Below, piece by piece: positions 40,289-49,783 of a stretch of DNA of 64,000 bases. Source of the DNA: an uncultured delta proteobacterium (lineage in GTDB: Bacteria; Desulfobacterota; Binatia; Binatales; Binataceae); the NCBI GenBank assembly GCA_963842085.1, contig CAWJET010000001.1:768001-832000 (forward strand), given 5' to 3'. The notes under the pieces were generated by a model. It worked only from the letters and a program-made list of their open reading frames with translations. It was not told the origin of the DNA and searched no databases. Both the position numbers and the translations under genes were made by a program. Numbering within the stretch: the first letter of the stretch is position 1; every line of letters starts with the position of its first letter.

Positions 40289-41188
40289 TTAGCTGTACTT
40301 TCGTTCCTGCCACCACGGGAAGTACGCGGGCATGTCCCTGGAAACCCTGTCCGGAAATTTCGCCGGACGTTTCTCCAGGAACGACGCGACGCCTTCCTTC
40401 ACATCCGCCGAAGAGCCGCGCGCAAAAATTCCGCGGCTGTCCACCTTGTGCGCTTGCATCGGATGGTCGGCGCCCGCCATCTTCCATAACATCTGGCGAA
40501 TCAGCGCAACCGACACCTGCGACGTGTTGTCAGCTATCTCGCGGGCGAGCGCCCGTGCCGCAGGAATGAGTTGATCCGGTTTGTAGATCTTTTTGACCAG
40601 CCCGCCTTCGAGCGCCTCTTCGGCCGGGAAGACGCGCCCCGTGAACGTCCACTCGAGCGCCTGCGAGATGCCGACGACCTTCGGCAGGAACCAGCTCGAG
40701 CACGCCTCCGGCACGATCCCGCGCCGCGCGAACACGAACCCGAAGCGCGCGTTCTCCGACGCCAGCCGCACGTCCATCGCCAGTTGCATCGTCACTCCGA
40801 CGCCGACCGCTGCTCCGTTCACCGCCGCGATCACCGGCTTCAGACACTCGAAGATGCGCAGCGTCAGCCGTCCGCCGCCGTCGCGAATCGCCTCGTTGCT
40901 CCAATCCACCGTGCCGTCGGCCCTGATCGCGGCGCGCCGGTCGGCGCGATCCTCGCGGGTCGAGTCGAACGTCCTGGGCCCCGCCGACAGATCCGCTCCC
41001 GCGCAGAACGCGCGCCCCGCGCCGGTCACGATAACCGCGCGCACGTTGTCGTCCGCGTCGGCCTTGTCGAACGCGTCGAGCATCTCGTTCATCATGATGC
41101 CGGTGAAGGCGTTGAGCTTCTCCGGCCGATTGAGCGTGATCGTCGCGATATTGTCCGCGACCTCGTAAATGATCTGTTCGTACGCCAT
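40289..41188 (-). CDS. Enoyl-CoA hydratase/isomerase (crotonase) family protein
   Basis: LNRPEKLNA, FCAGADL, KPVIAAVNG.AVGVG, RRGIVPE, EGV.SFLEKR. Confidence 0.93.
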   Translation of the reverse strand: MAYEQIIYEVADNIATITLNRPEKLNAFTGIMMNEMLDAFDKADADDNVRAVIVTGAGRAFCAGADLSAGPRTFDSTREDRADRRAAIRADGTVDWSNEAIRDGGGRLTLRIFECLKPVIAAVNGAAVGVGVTMQLAMDVRLASENARFGFVFARRGIVPEACSSWFLPKVVGISQALEWTFTGRVFPAEEALEGGLVKKIYKPDQLIPAARALAREIADNTSQVSVALIRQMLWKMAGADHPMQAHKVDSRGIFARGSSADVKEGVASFLEKRPAKFPDRVSRDMPAYFPWWQERKYS

Positions 41189-41217
41189 CTGCCAATCTCC
41201 GTCGCCGCGCCGCTCGC

Positions 41218-41685
41218 CTACTTCACGAACAGCATCAGCGCTTCGTAAACTACTGCCGGTTTCTGCTGGCCGACGACCTGGATTTCCGTCTCGCGCGTGA
41301 GCATCGTGCCCATCGGCCGCTGCTCGACCGCGATCAGCCGCGAGCGCGCGTGCACGCTGGCGCCCGCCGGCACCGGCGCCACGAAGCGCAGCTTGTTCGC
41401 GCCGTAGTTCACCACGTTGCGGAACCCCGTGATCGCGTAATCCTCGGTGCTCTTGAACGCCGGCAGCAGGCTGAGCGTGAGAAAGCCGTGCGCGACCGGC
41501 CCGCCGAACGGACTTTCCTTCTTGCACCGCTCGATGTCGATATGAATCCACTGATGGTCGCCGGTCACGTCGGCGAACTGGTTGATTTTTTCCTGCGTGA
41601 CGTGAATCGGCTCGCTCCACGGACCGAACTCCTTGCCGATCTTCGCCGTGAGCGCCGGTATGTCGTCAAACTTGATCGTCTGCAT
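41218..41685 (-). CDS. MaoC family (R)-specific dehydratase
   Basis: FADVTGDHQWIH, AHGFLTLSL, NYG.NKLRF.APV. Confidence 0.93.
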   Translation of the reverse strand: MQTIKFDDIPALTAKIGKEFGPWSEPIHVTQEKINQFADVTGDHQWIHIDIERCKKESPFGGPVAHGFLTLSLLPAFKSTEDYAITGFRNVVNYGANKLRFVAPVPAGASVHARSRLIAVEQRPMGTMLTRETEIQVVGQQKPAVVYEALMLFVK

Positions 41686-41858
41686 CGTCGTTTTCTCCTG
41701 AGTTTTCGTTTGCAACGCACACACTGAAGTCTTTCACGGTTCTAGCCGAGTCGGGTTTCATAATGCAACTGACTCAACGCACCGTTAGGAACGGAGATGC
41801 GGCCGTGCGCGGACCGCCCGCTCCACGTTCGCTTCAGTCTGCAATCGCGTCAAGGAAT

Positions 41859-42239
41859 TTAGTAGCGCGGAGGGATTTCGATCGGGCCGGGACACACGCT
41901 CACTCGATCAGGGTGACGCGTTATCGTAATCGACAGCCCCGGAGCGTAGGTTGAGTCACCGGCTTGTAAATTCGCGAACTGACGGAATGAAAGGCCGTTT
42001 TCACGCAGCGTTGCTTGCGGCGCGCATCTGCTGCCGGAAGCACTTTCACCGGGCCCTAGGTCACTTTCAAGACTTCGACTTTTGTCTTGTAACGCCGATG
42101 ATGCGATCGCAGAACGTCCGGCAACGCAGTTCATCGATCCCGGGCAATCCGCACCGAGCGCGTATCCAAATGCGTATCCGAGCGCGATGAAGAGCACTAT
42201 CATCATCCAGAAGCCGAGGGAAAAAAACATCTTGGCCAT
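41859..42239 (-). CDS. Hypothetical exported/membrane-anchored protein
   Basis: RBS GGAGGA before MAKMFF; N-terminal hydrophobic segment; 4 Cys. Confidence 0.5.
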   Translation of the reverse strand: MAKMFFSLGFWMMIVLFIALGYAFGYALGADCPGSMNCVAGRSAIASSALQDKSRSLESDLGPGESASGSRCAPQATLRENGLSFRQFANLQAGDSTYAPGLSITITRHPDRVSVCPGPIEIPPRY

Positions 42240-42550
42240 GACCGTCGTCCTCCGTAGGATCGAACGAGCACTTTCCATGCCCGAACGAACCACCAAGGAA
42301 TTCGAAACGATCTATGCGCGAGACCTGTAGAATTTACCGCTTTCCGGAGAGGCCGCGATCTTTCCTGATCGACAAATCGATTTGTAACTCTTACAGCATC
42401 GCTGATTCGCTACTTCAAGTTCGATTCTGTCCGCGTACTTCTTGATTGCCGCCTCCCGCAGCTTGGGGATGTTCCGCCAGCCGCGAGCCCTGCGTCGTGC
42501 GCGACAGCACCGGCTCGCACATCATGTCGCATCACTCGGCTCGCAGTTCT

Positions 42551-42590
42551 TCCCCTCTCCCTGCAAGGGAGAGGATGAAGGTGAGGGTCA
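42551..42590. repeat. REP-like palindromic element
   Basis: CCCCTCTCCCT-GCA-AGGGAGAGG followed by GGTGAGGG. Confidence 0.6.
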
Positions 42591-42765
42591 TTATACAGCG
42601 CGCTCTTTTGCGCGCGATTCAAGATTCTGCCTCTTCTCTGAACTCGTATCCGGGGTTATGCAAAGCTCCCTTGTCCGAGGGGAGGTTAGGATCCGCCCGC
42701 CTGCTTTGCGATCCGCCTCTGGAATCCTTTACCGCTCCAACGCAAGATAACCCTGTAGCCATCCC

Positions 42766-43788
42766 GTGAAACTCTCGATCATCGACCAATGTCCTGTTCC
42801 CGCCGGCTTCACTACTGCCGACGCGCTGCGCAACACTATCGAGCTGGCGCGACTTGCCGATCGGCTCGGCTACGAGCGCTACTGGATCGCCGAGCATCAT
42901 GCGACCGGCGCCTTTGCCAGTCCCGCGCCCGAGATCATGATCGCGCGCGTCGCAGCCGAAACCTCGCACATCCGGGTCGGCTCGGGCGGCGTGATGCTGC
43001 CGCATTACAGCCCGATGAAAGTCGCGGAGACCTTCCGCGTATTGCACGCGCTTTATCCCGGCCGCATCGATCTCGGCATCGGCCGCGCGCCCGGCGGCAG
43101 CCCGCTCGATTCATTCGCGCTGCGCCGCGATCGCAGCGCCCAGCCGACCGAAGACGACTTCCCCAAGCAACTGCTCGAGCTGCTCGCCTTTCTGCACGGC
43201 GGCTTTCGCCCCGATCATGTTTTCAGCCGCATCGAGCTTTCACCCGCGATGCCCGGTGCGCCCGACGTGTGGCTGCTGGGCTCGAGCATGTGGAGCGCGG
43301 CCGCGGCGGCGCAGCTCGGATTGCCTTACGCCTTCGCGCACTTCATCGACCCGACACACACGCGCGCCGCGATCGAGTACTACCGCTCGCACTTCATTCG
43401 CTCGAATGAACTTTCCGCGCCGGTCGCCATCTTAGGAATCGGCGCGATATGCGCACCCACCGACGCCGAGGCCGATCGCATGGCGTCGAGCGTGAGGCTA
43501 TTCAGGCGTCGTGCGCAACGGGGTGATCGCGGACCAATTCCCACGCCGGAGGATGCGCTCGCGGAGCTGGGACCCGGGCCGTTACCCGCTGACGTGACCA
43601 GGCGCGAGACCGGCGAGTGGCCCCGCGCGATCATCGGGACGCCCGCCCACGTCCGCGACACGTTGGTGGATATCGCGAGCGTGTTGCACCTCGACGAAGT
43701 GATGCTCGTGACGGTCGTCCACGACCATCAGGCGCGGATGCGCTCCTATGAGCTCCTCGCCAAGGCCTTCAACCTCACGCCGCGCTGA
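42766..43788 (+). CDS. LLM class flavin-dependent oxidoreductase (luciferase-like, YhbW type)
   Basis: RYWIAEHH, IRVGSGGVMLPHYSP.KVAE.F, GRIDLGIGRAPG, WLLGSS, SYELLA. Confidence 0.93.
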   Translation: MKLSIIDQCPVPAGFTTADALRNTIELARLADRLGYERYWIAEHHATGAFASPAPEIMIARVAAETSHIRVGSGGVMLPHYSPMKVAETFRVLHALYPGRIDLGIGRAPGGSPLDSFALRRDRSAQPTEDDFPKQLLELLAFLHGGFRPDHVFSRIELSPAMPGAPDVWLLGSSMWSAAAAAQLGLPYAFAHFIDPTHTRAAIEYYRSHFIRSNELSAPVAILGIGAICAPTDAEADRMASSVRLFRRRAQRGDRGPIPTPEDALAELGPGPLPADVTRRETGEWPRAIIGTPAHVRDTLVDIASVLHLDEVMLVTVVHDHQARMRSYELLAKAFNLTPR

Positions 43789-43792
43789 ATCG

Positions 43793-44932
43793 CTAGCCGA
43801 CCGCGCGGATGCTCTCGACGATTCCCCGGCGCGCAAAATTTGCCGCCGGGATCGAGCCCGCTACGACGCCAATTAACACCGCCAGCGCCATCGCTCGCGC
43901 AAGGACCGCCGGCGGAAGAATCGCAAACAGATCAACCGGACCGAGCGGCAGCATGGAACCGGGTATCAGCTTCGCCATCGCAAATGCGGCCGCGCATCCC
44001 GCGATTCCCCCCGCGAGTCCTATCGCGGTCGATTCGGTCAGCGTCAGCGCGACGATCAGCGACGGCCCAAAGCCCAGCACCCGCATGACCGCTATCTCGC
44101 CGCGCCGCTCACGCATCGCCATCACCATCGTATTCAGCGCCACCAGTGACATCGCGAACACCACCGCGCCGGCCACGGTGCTGAGAATAAGCAACAGCGT
44201 TCTGAGATCGAAAAACGACGACACCCAACTCGCCTCGGACGCGCTGTAGGTCTCGGCCGACGAATTGGCAAAGGTCTCGTCGATGCTAGCGATAGCCGCC
44301 GGCACGTCCTGCTTGCGGTCCGCAATCGCGTAGTAGGCATTGACCCTGGCTCCGGCGCCGAGAACTTCATCCAGATAGTCGCGTCGAAACAGCAGCGTGT
44401 CAGGAGGAGCCCCATCCCCTAGTTGATCGGCGATCACCAGGCTGACATCGGTCGAATACACGGTGCCTTTCAGAATTATGTGTTCGCCGATCTTCCACCC
44501 GTACTTGTGCATCATCGCGGGCGACACCAGGCAGCCCGTCCGCGTACGCTGGAATAGGGCCGCACGCTCGCGAGCAATCCCCCAATCCGGCCACAAAGTC
44601 CCGGCCGCATCAGCATCGACGGCAATGCCGATCTGATCGCTTGGCGAGCGGTAGATGCCGCCAAAATAGGTCAGCGCGGAAACGGCCTCGATATGCGGGA
44701 TGGCCTCGATCTTCTGCCGGTATGCGGCGGGCAGCGGGTAAAAGAATCCGGACTTGTTCATCGCGACCAGGCGGCGCTCCGAGGTCGGACTGCTCACGAG
44801 ATGCGACACCAGGTAGGGCAGACTCGCCATGGTCGAGTAGGTGAAAACCGCCAGCGCGATCGCGAAGATCGTCAAGGTGGTGCGCCGGACGTTGCGCGAG
44901 AGATTTCGCCATACGAGCCGCGCGTATTTCAT
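43793..44932 (-). CDS. ABC transporter permease (MacB/FtsX family), orphan
   Basis: RNL.RN.RRT.LT, ID.TFANS.AET, NTM.MA.RERR.EIAVMR.LGF; paralog of 22283-23443. Confidence 0.88.
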   Translation of the reverse strand: MKYARLVWRNLSRNVRRTTLTIFAIALAVFTYSTMASLPYLVSHLVSSPTSERRLVAMNKSGFFYPLPAAYRQKIEAIPHIEAVSALTYFGGIYRSPSDQIGIAVDADAAGTLWPDWGIARERAALFQRTRTGCLVSPAMMHKYGWKIGEHIILKGTVYSTDVSLVIADQLGDGAPPDTLLFRRDYLDEVLGAGARVNAYYAIADRKQDVPAAIASIDETFANSSAETYSASEASWVSSFFDLRTLLLILSTVAGAVVFAMSLVALNTMVMAMRERRGEIAVMRVLGFGPSLIVALTLTESTAIGLAGGIAGCAAAFAMAKLIPGSMLPLGPVDLFAILPPAVLARAMALAVLIGVVAGSIPAANFARRGIVESIRAVG

Positions 44933-45000
44933 TATTTCACTGGGCCGTCCCGCTCGGTTTCGGCACGACTCCAGATCTACACCCGAAACCGGGCTTTCTA

Positions 45001-45630
45001 CTAGGACGGATCCCGCAGGAACCAGGCGACGATAGTGAATCGCTCACCGAACTTCACGGGCCTGACCTCATGCTTTTGGTTGGAGTCGTAAGCGAGCAAG
45101 AGGCCGGGCGTCGCCTCGAGCGGAAATCCGAACTTCTGCCACTTCGGGTCGTCGATCAAGCCGTACAAGACCAGCTCGCCGCCGCCGTAGCCATAGCCGA
45201 GCGCCGGATCTTGCACCGAGGGATTGAGAAAAACTACGACAGAGACCGCGCGCCTGTGTATTTCGAGCGGCGAGGTGGGGCGGGAGTCGCGATGCGGCAC
45301 GTGAAAACCGCCTTCGCCGTACCTGAGAAAGTTAGGGCCTTCGCATTCGCTCAAGCGAACATTGAAATGCCGCTCAAGTTTTGGCCGCACCTTTTCCAGC
45401 CGGTCGGAAATTTCCAATTCTGTCGCTGCGCTGATTTGCGTGTGCCATACCTTGCGCAGCGATTCGTCCACAGCGCCGCCCAATTCGCGCACATCGCGGC
45501 CGCCTACTACGATGCCCTTTTCGGCCGCGGCCGCCCGCGTCTCTGCTACAATGCGAGCGCAGGTAGCAGCGTCCAGAAATTCAGCATCAACGAACAGTCC
45601 GAGTTTCCGGAAGAGACCAGCGTCGGGCAT
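45001..45630 (-). CDS. 2OG-Fe(II) oxygenase (prolyl 4-hydroxylase/PiuC-like)
   Basis: FLRY..G.FH.PHRD, S.VVFLN, Y.GGEL, HEVRPV..GERF.IVAW. Confidence 0.88.
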   Translation of the reverse strand: MPDAGLFRKLGLFVDAEFLDAATCARIVAETRAAAAEKGIVVGGRDVRELGGAVDESLRKVWHTQISAATELEISDRLEKVRPKLERHFNVRLSECEGPNFLRYGEGGFHVPHRDSRPTSPLEIHRRAVSVVVFLNPSVQDPALGYGYGGGELVLYGLIDDPKWQKFGFPLEATPGLLLAYDSNQKHEVRPVKFGERFTIVAWFLRDPS

Positions 45631-45815
45631 TTTTTGCGCTTCACCGCGATCGAAATTCCGTGCTCGGCTGAAATATACAACGCCGGCACGGTTCTTTGCG
45701 ATGATTTCAGGTGGCGCCAACCGCAGCATCGAGCTGATCGCTGCCGATGCGGCCGCGGGCCTGACGCCGACGCAATTCAGCCCGATGCTGAAGCGCCCCC
45801 CTGACCGTGTTGGAC

Positions 45816-46355
45816 TCAGTAGGCGACGAATCCGCCGTTCTCGATCAGCTTGACCGGCTCGCCTTCGACTTCTTTCGGCGCGGCCGCTTCCGCCTCGGGC
45901 GTCATCTGCTTGAGATAAACCACGATTGAGGGCTGACCGGGCTGGTCACTCACCCCTATTGCGGTGCCGACGGCACCCGGGATGCTCATAAGCTGGTCCT
46001 CGTGCCGGTCACGAACCGCGGTCGCCGCCGTGACGGCCTCCTTCGACACGCCCACCTCCCCGGCCGCGACTTCTGCATTCGCGGCGTCAGACGCGAGCGC
46101 AGCGGTGCAAGTGCCAACCATCGAAACGCCCAGCGCGCTCAGCACGTTGGAAATTGGATTGGCTATCGTGACGGTTCCGTCAGCCGAGCCCGCAAAGAGC
46201 AAAGCGACCGCCTGGGGGCAATCATCCTGGGTTAGGATTAGCGATCCAGAGTCGCCTGGTTCACTGAACGTACTAGTGCTGCCAGTTATGGTAATCTGGT
46301 TGATGAATTTAGCGTATTTCGGCTTCTTTGGATTGTCGGAGTAGTTTACCTTCAA
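45816..46355 (-). pseudogene. 5'-truncated tandem paralog of the adjacent trypsin-like protease
   Basis: Starts mid-domain at KVNYS; matches the C-terminal half of 46509-47609 (GDSGSLI, ANPIS.VL..L, VRDRHED, VKLIE.GGFVAY); lacks signal peptide and catalytic His/Asp. Confidence 0.75.
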
Positions 46356-46508
46356 GTTACACCAACCGGCGAGGGTTTACTAGCAGGAGCACGCTGATGC
46401 ACATAACCGCGAGCTAACGCGCGTCCAGCGATGCCTCGCACGCTCATCGCAACGCCCACGCTGGTGGACGCCGACGTGAGCGTCTTGGATAGCGCGCGAA
46501 GGGATGCC

Positions 46509-47609
46509 TCAGTAGGCGACGAATCCGCCGCTTTCGATCAGTTTTACAGGCAGGCCTTCGACCTGTTTAGGCGCAGCCGCTTGAGCCTGGGGTGTCATCC
46601 TCTTGACGTAGACTATGATCGCGGGTTGATCGGGCTGATCGCCGATCCCGACTCCGGTGCCGGCGCCCGGGATGCGCATGAGCTCGTCTTCGTGCCGGTC
46701 GCGAACCGCCGTGGCCGATGCGACGACATCCTTGGACATACCAACATTACCGGCCTCCAGATCATCAGCTTGCGCGGTGTTGGATGCGGCCCCAGCGGTG
46801 CAACCGCCCACCATTGTAACGTTCAGCTGGCTCAGCACTGCGGAAATCGGATTGGCTATCGTTAGAGGGGCTCCGTCATTTTCCCCGTCCGCAAACAGCA
46901 GCCCAACCGCTTGAGGGCAACTGTCTTGAGTCACGATGAGCGATCCGGAATCGCCCGCTTCGCTGAAGTCCTCCCCGCTAATAGCAATCTGGTTGATGAA
47001 TTTCGCGATTTTTTTCCCCGTGAAGCTGTAGTTTACCTTCGCGTTGACGCTGACCGCCGAAATCGTTCCGGTCGTGAGGCAGGTCGAACGGCCCATTTTC
47101 TGCACTGCCATCCCGGGCGTTGCCGTAACTACCGAGCTTGCGATCGGCCCGATATTGAGGATATCGGGGCTCACGTCTCCGGGATCCACGGCTGCAATAG
47201 CAGCATCTATAGTGTTCTTGCCGCTGAACTTGATTTTGACGGTGCGGCTGAAGGTTGCGACCGCATCACTCGGCGTCTGGGTGCAGGGTTCTGACGTGTC
47301 CACCAGGCCGGGCTGCACGATAAGCTCGCCGGGCTTAGCTTTGTTTGTGTCCGCCAGCACGTGATTGTTGCTAAGGATATATTGATTGCTGCTCTGATCC
47401 TGAACCATCGACCCCAGCGTTCCACTGAAGCAGAACAGCTCGCGATGCATCGTAAAGAAGGAGTTTATGTTTCCTCCCGAAACGCCAAGCGGAATCGGGC
47501 GAGTCAACATGGATTGTTGACTGCAATCGATCGCGCCGGCCCGCATGGACGCGGCGCCGATCGTCAACATACAAACCGCCAACGCGGCCGCTATCGTCTG
47601 ATATCTCGT
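46509..47609 (-). CDS. Secreted trypsin-like (Nal1-like) serine protease with C-terminal accessory domain
   Basis: Triad motifs LSNNHVL, IDAAIA, GDSGS; KMGRST.LT.G. SD AGGGGAG precedes an ACG at 47609 that opens a signal peptide. Confidence 0.8.
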   Translation of the reverse strand, partial: TRYQTIAAALAVCMLTIGAASMRAGAIDCSQQSMLTRPIPLGVSGGNINSFFTMHRELFCFSGTLGSMVQDQSSNQYILSNNHVLADTNKAKPGELIVQPGLVDTSEPCTQTPSDAVATFSRTVKIKFSGKNTIDAAIAAVDPGDVSPDILNIGPIASSVVTATPGMAVQKMGRSTCLTTGTISAVSVNAKVNYSFTGKKIAKFINQIAISGEDFSEAGDSGSLIVTQDSCPQAVGLLFADGENDGAPLTIANPISAVLSQLNVTMVGGCTAGAASNTAQADDLEAGNVGMSKDVVASATAVRDRHEDELMRIPGAGTGVGIGDQPDQPAIIVYVKRMTPQAQAAAPKQVEGLPVKLIESGGFVAY

Positions 47610-47784
47610 AGCCGTCTCCCCTATTTAAATCGAAGTCCTGACTTCTCTACATTATGTAGGCAGATTTACGCCGGAGAGCAAAATTCTACTCTGGAAGACG
47701 CGCCGATGCACGCTAACCGTGCGCTAACACGCGTAACCGAGGAATCAAATTAGAATTTGCCTACATTTGCCTACAAATGAACGT

Positions 47785-49176
47785 CTAGATTGGGGGATGC
47801 TTGTCCTTCCAGGGGCGGGCGCGTTCGAACTCGGCTGCCAGCGCGATTATGCCGGCCTCGTCGCCGGGGCGGCCGACGATTTGAAGCGCTAGCGGCAGGC
47901 CCGCCTTGCTGAATCCGTTGGGAATCGAAATGGCCGGCTGACCCGTAGAGTTGAACGGGAACGTAAATGCGATCCAGCCGTAAATTTCATCCGCGGCCGT
48001 GTCGGAACTCGACGGCAAGGTGCCAAGCCGCACTGCGGGGCGGGTCAGTGTCGGGGCCAGCAGCGCGTCGTATGGCATCAGCGCGTGGACGATTTCGCGC
48101 GACGTGTTGTGCATCGCGGTTACCGCGCGGATGTAGTCGGCGGCGGAAATTTTGGCGCCCCATTCGTAGCTGCCGCGCACCACGGGATCGAGCAGGTCCG
48201 GGTTCGGGATATTCAGCGCCGACACGGACGCACCGACGATCACGCGCGCGTACTTGCAGAGCATCGCGCCCGGATCGAGGGTCAAAGGCTCGATGTTATG
48301 TCCCATCTCACGAAACACGGCGCAGGCGGACTCGAGCGCGGCCAGAGTTTCCGCGTCCACCGGGCCGAGCGCGCTTTTATTGATAACCGCGAGCCGAAGT
48401 TTCTTCGGATGCGCCTTAACTTCCTCGACGAATGGACGCGCAGGCGGCCGCGCCGCGTACGGGTCGCCCGGCATCATTCCCGCCATCGCGTCGAGCATCA
48501 ACGCCGCGTCGCGGACCGTGCGCGCGATCGGGCCGGTGGTCGAAAGTCCAGCCCATCCTTCGCCCTCCGACGGTGCGCGCGTGATTCGTCCGCGCGACGG
48601 CTTGATCCCGACCAGCCCGCAGCAGGCAGACGGGATTCGCACCGAGCCACCGCCGTCGCTGCCCTGCGCCACGGGATGCAATCCGGCGGCGACCGCCGAT
48701 GCCGATCCGCCGCTGGAGCCGCCGGCAGTGTGTTCAAGGTTCCAGGGATTGCGCGCCGGCGGACAGAGACCGCCCTCGGTGGTCGGGCGCAGGCCGAACT
48801 CGGGCGTGGTCGTCTTGCCGAGCAGGATACCGCCGGAACCGGCAAGCCGCACGGCAAGTTCTGCGTCGGCCGGCGCGTGCCAGTGCTCGTAGTTCTTCGA
48901 GCCGAAGGTGGTGCGGATATCCTTCGTCCAGGTCAGATCCTTCAGCGAATACGCGACGCCGAACAGCGGCAGCCTGGCCGCATCGGAGGCATTCATCTTC
49001 TCGAGCCGCGCCGCATCGGCAAGCGCGCGCGCGGCGGTTACGGTCATGAACGCGCCGAGCCTGGGATTCAGCTTTTCGACGCGCGCAAGAAAAAATTCGG
49101 CAACCTCGCGCGGCCGAACTTCCTTCTTACGGACAAGCTCGCGCAACTCGTGTGCCTCGACGTATGGATTGAGCAT
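47785..49176 (-). CDS. Amidase signature family enzyme
   Basis: KDL, GKTTTPEFG, GGSSGGS, GSDGGGSVRIP, GIKPSRGR. Confidence 0.95.
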   Translation of the reverse strand: MLNPYVEAHELRELVRKKEVRPREVAEFFLARVEKLNPRLGAFMTVTAARALADAARLEKMNASDAARLPLFGVAYSLKDLTWTKDIRTTFGSKNYEHWHAPADAELAVRLAGSGGILLGKTTTPEFGLRPTTEGGLCPPARNPWNLEHTAGGSSGGSASAVAAGLHPVAQGSDGGGSVRIPSACCGLVGIKPSRGRITRAPSEGEGWAGLSTTGPIARTVRDAALMLDAMAGMMPGDPYAARPPARPFVEEVKAHPKKLRLAVINKSALGPVDAETLAALESACAVFREMGHNIEPLTLDPGAMLCKYARVIVGASVSALNIPNPDLLDPVVRGSYEWGAKISAADYIRAVTAMHNTSREIVHALMPYDALLAPTLTRPAVRLGTLPSSSDTAADEIYGWIAFTFPFNSTGQPAISIPNGFSKAGLPLALQIVGRPGDEAGIIALAAEFERARPWKDKHPPI

Positions 49177-49264
49177 CGCGTTACCCTCCGACTAGGAAAT
49201 TTGTAGTTAGCTCAAAACCAGGCCGCCCGCCAACGCGGGCGCCGCGGAGTGCAATTCGAGGCGG

Positions 49265-49774
49265 TTGCGGGTTAGTCTGTTTGCGATTTGTCAAGCGGAG
49301 ACCTTGCGATTGTTTGGTTCTGCGATTCTTTGGACGCATGCTGCCGCGGGCGCGATTTGGGTTGGCGCCTGCGCCTGCTTCGTGATCGCGGGACTTGCGC
49401 TTTCTGCGGGAAGCATCGAGCAGCGAAACTTTGTCGAGCGCGCGGCGCCCAAGATCGATATCCTTGGGGTCGTTGCGGCGGCGGTGTTGCTGGTTACGGG
49501 GTTCTTCAACGTCATGACGGCGGGCATTGCGCGACGTTTCGTGTTCTCGGCCACCTTCACTACCGTGCTTGCCGTCAAGATTGCGTTGTTTATCGTTATG
49601 CTCGTCGTGATGACGTGGTCGATGAGAGTCGGCGCAGTGATCAGGGCGGTCGTTGGGCGCGGGCGCGTCGATGCGGTGCCGGGCGCGATGACTCGGATGG
49701 TGCGGGCGCACGCCGCGATCATCGCGATGGGCGCGCTCGCGCTAATACTGGGAACCTGGCTGGTGGGAAGTTGA
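49265..49774 (+). CDS. Four-TM membrane protein (CopD/DUF4149-like)
   Basis: WTH..AGAIWVG, LLVTG..N, VK..LF; hydrophobic helices; lies directly upstream of the MBL hydrolase. Start uncertain. Confidence 0.65.
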   Translation: MRVSLFAICQAETLRLFGSAILWTHAAAGAIWVGACACFVIAGLALSAGSIEQRNFVERAAPKIDILGVVAAAVLLVTGFFNVMTAGIARRFVFSATFTTVLAVKIALFIVMLVVMTWSMRVGAVIRAVVGRGRVDAVPGAMTRMVRAHAAIIAMGALALILGTWLVGS

Positions 49775-49783
49775 GGACGCGAG

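Noticed and set aside
41189-41620. MaoC-crotonase fusion (443-aa ORF)
   Set aside because: The extension is a different frame of the maoC gene; each gene has its own start and stop.
45001-47609. Anti-phage defence system (trypsin protease plus 2OG oxygenase)
   Set aside because: The protease has a signal peptide, and no sensor, NTPase, gasdermin or effector gene is adjacent.
47755-47775. ATTTGCCTAC tandem duplication
   Set aside because: Only two units with no associated feature; could be slippage or chance.
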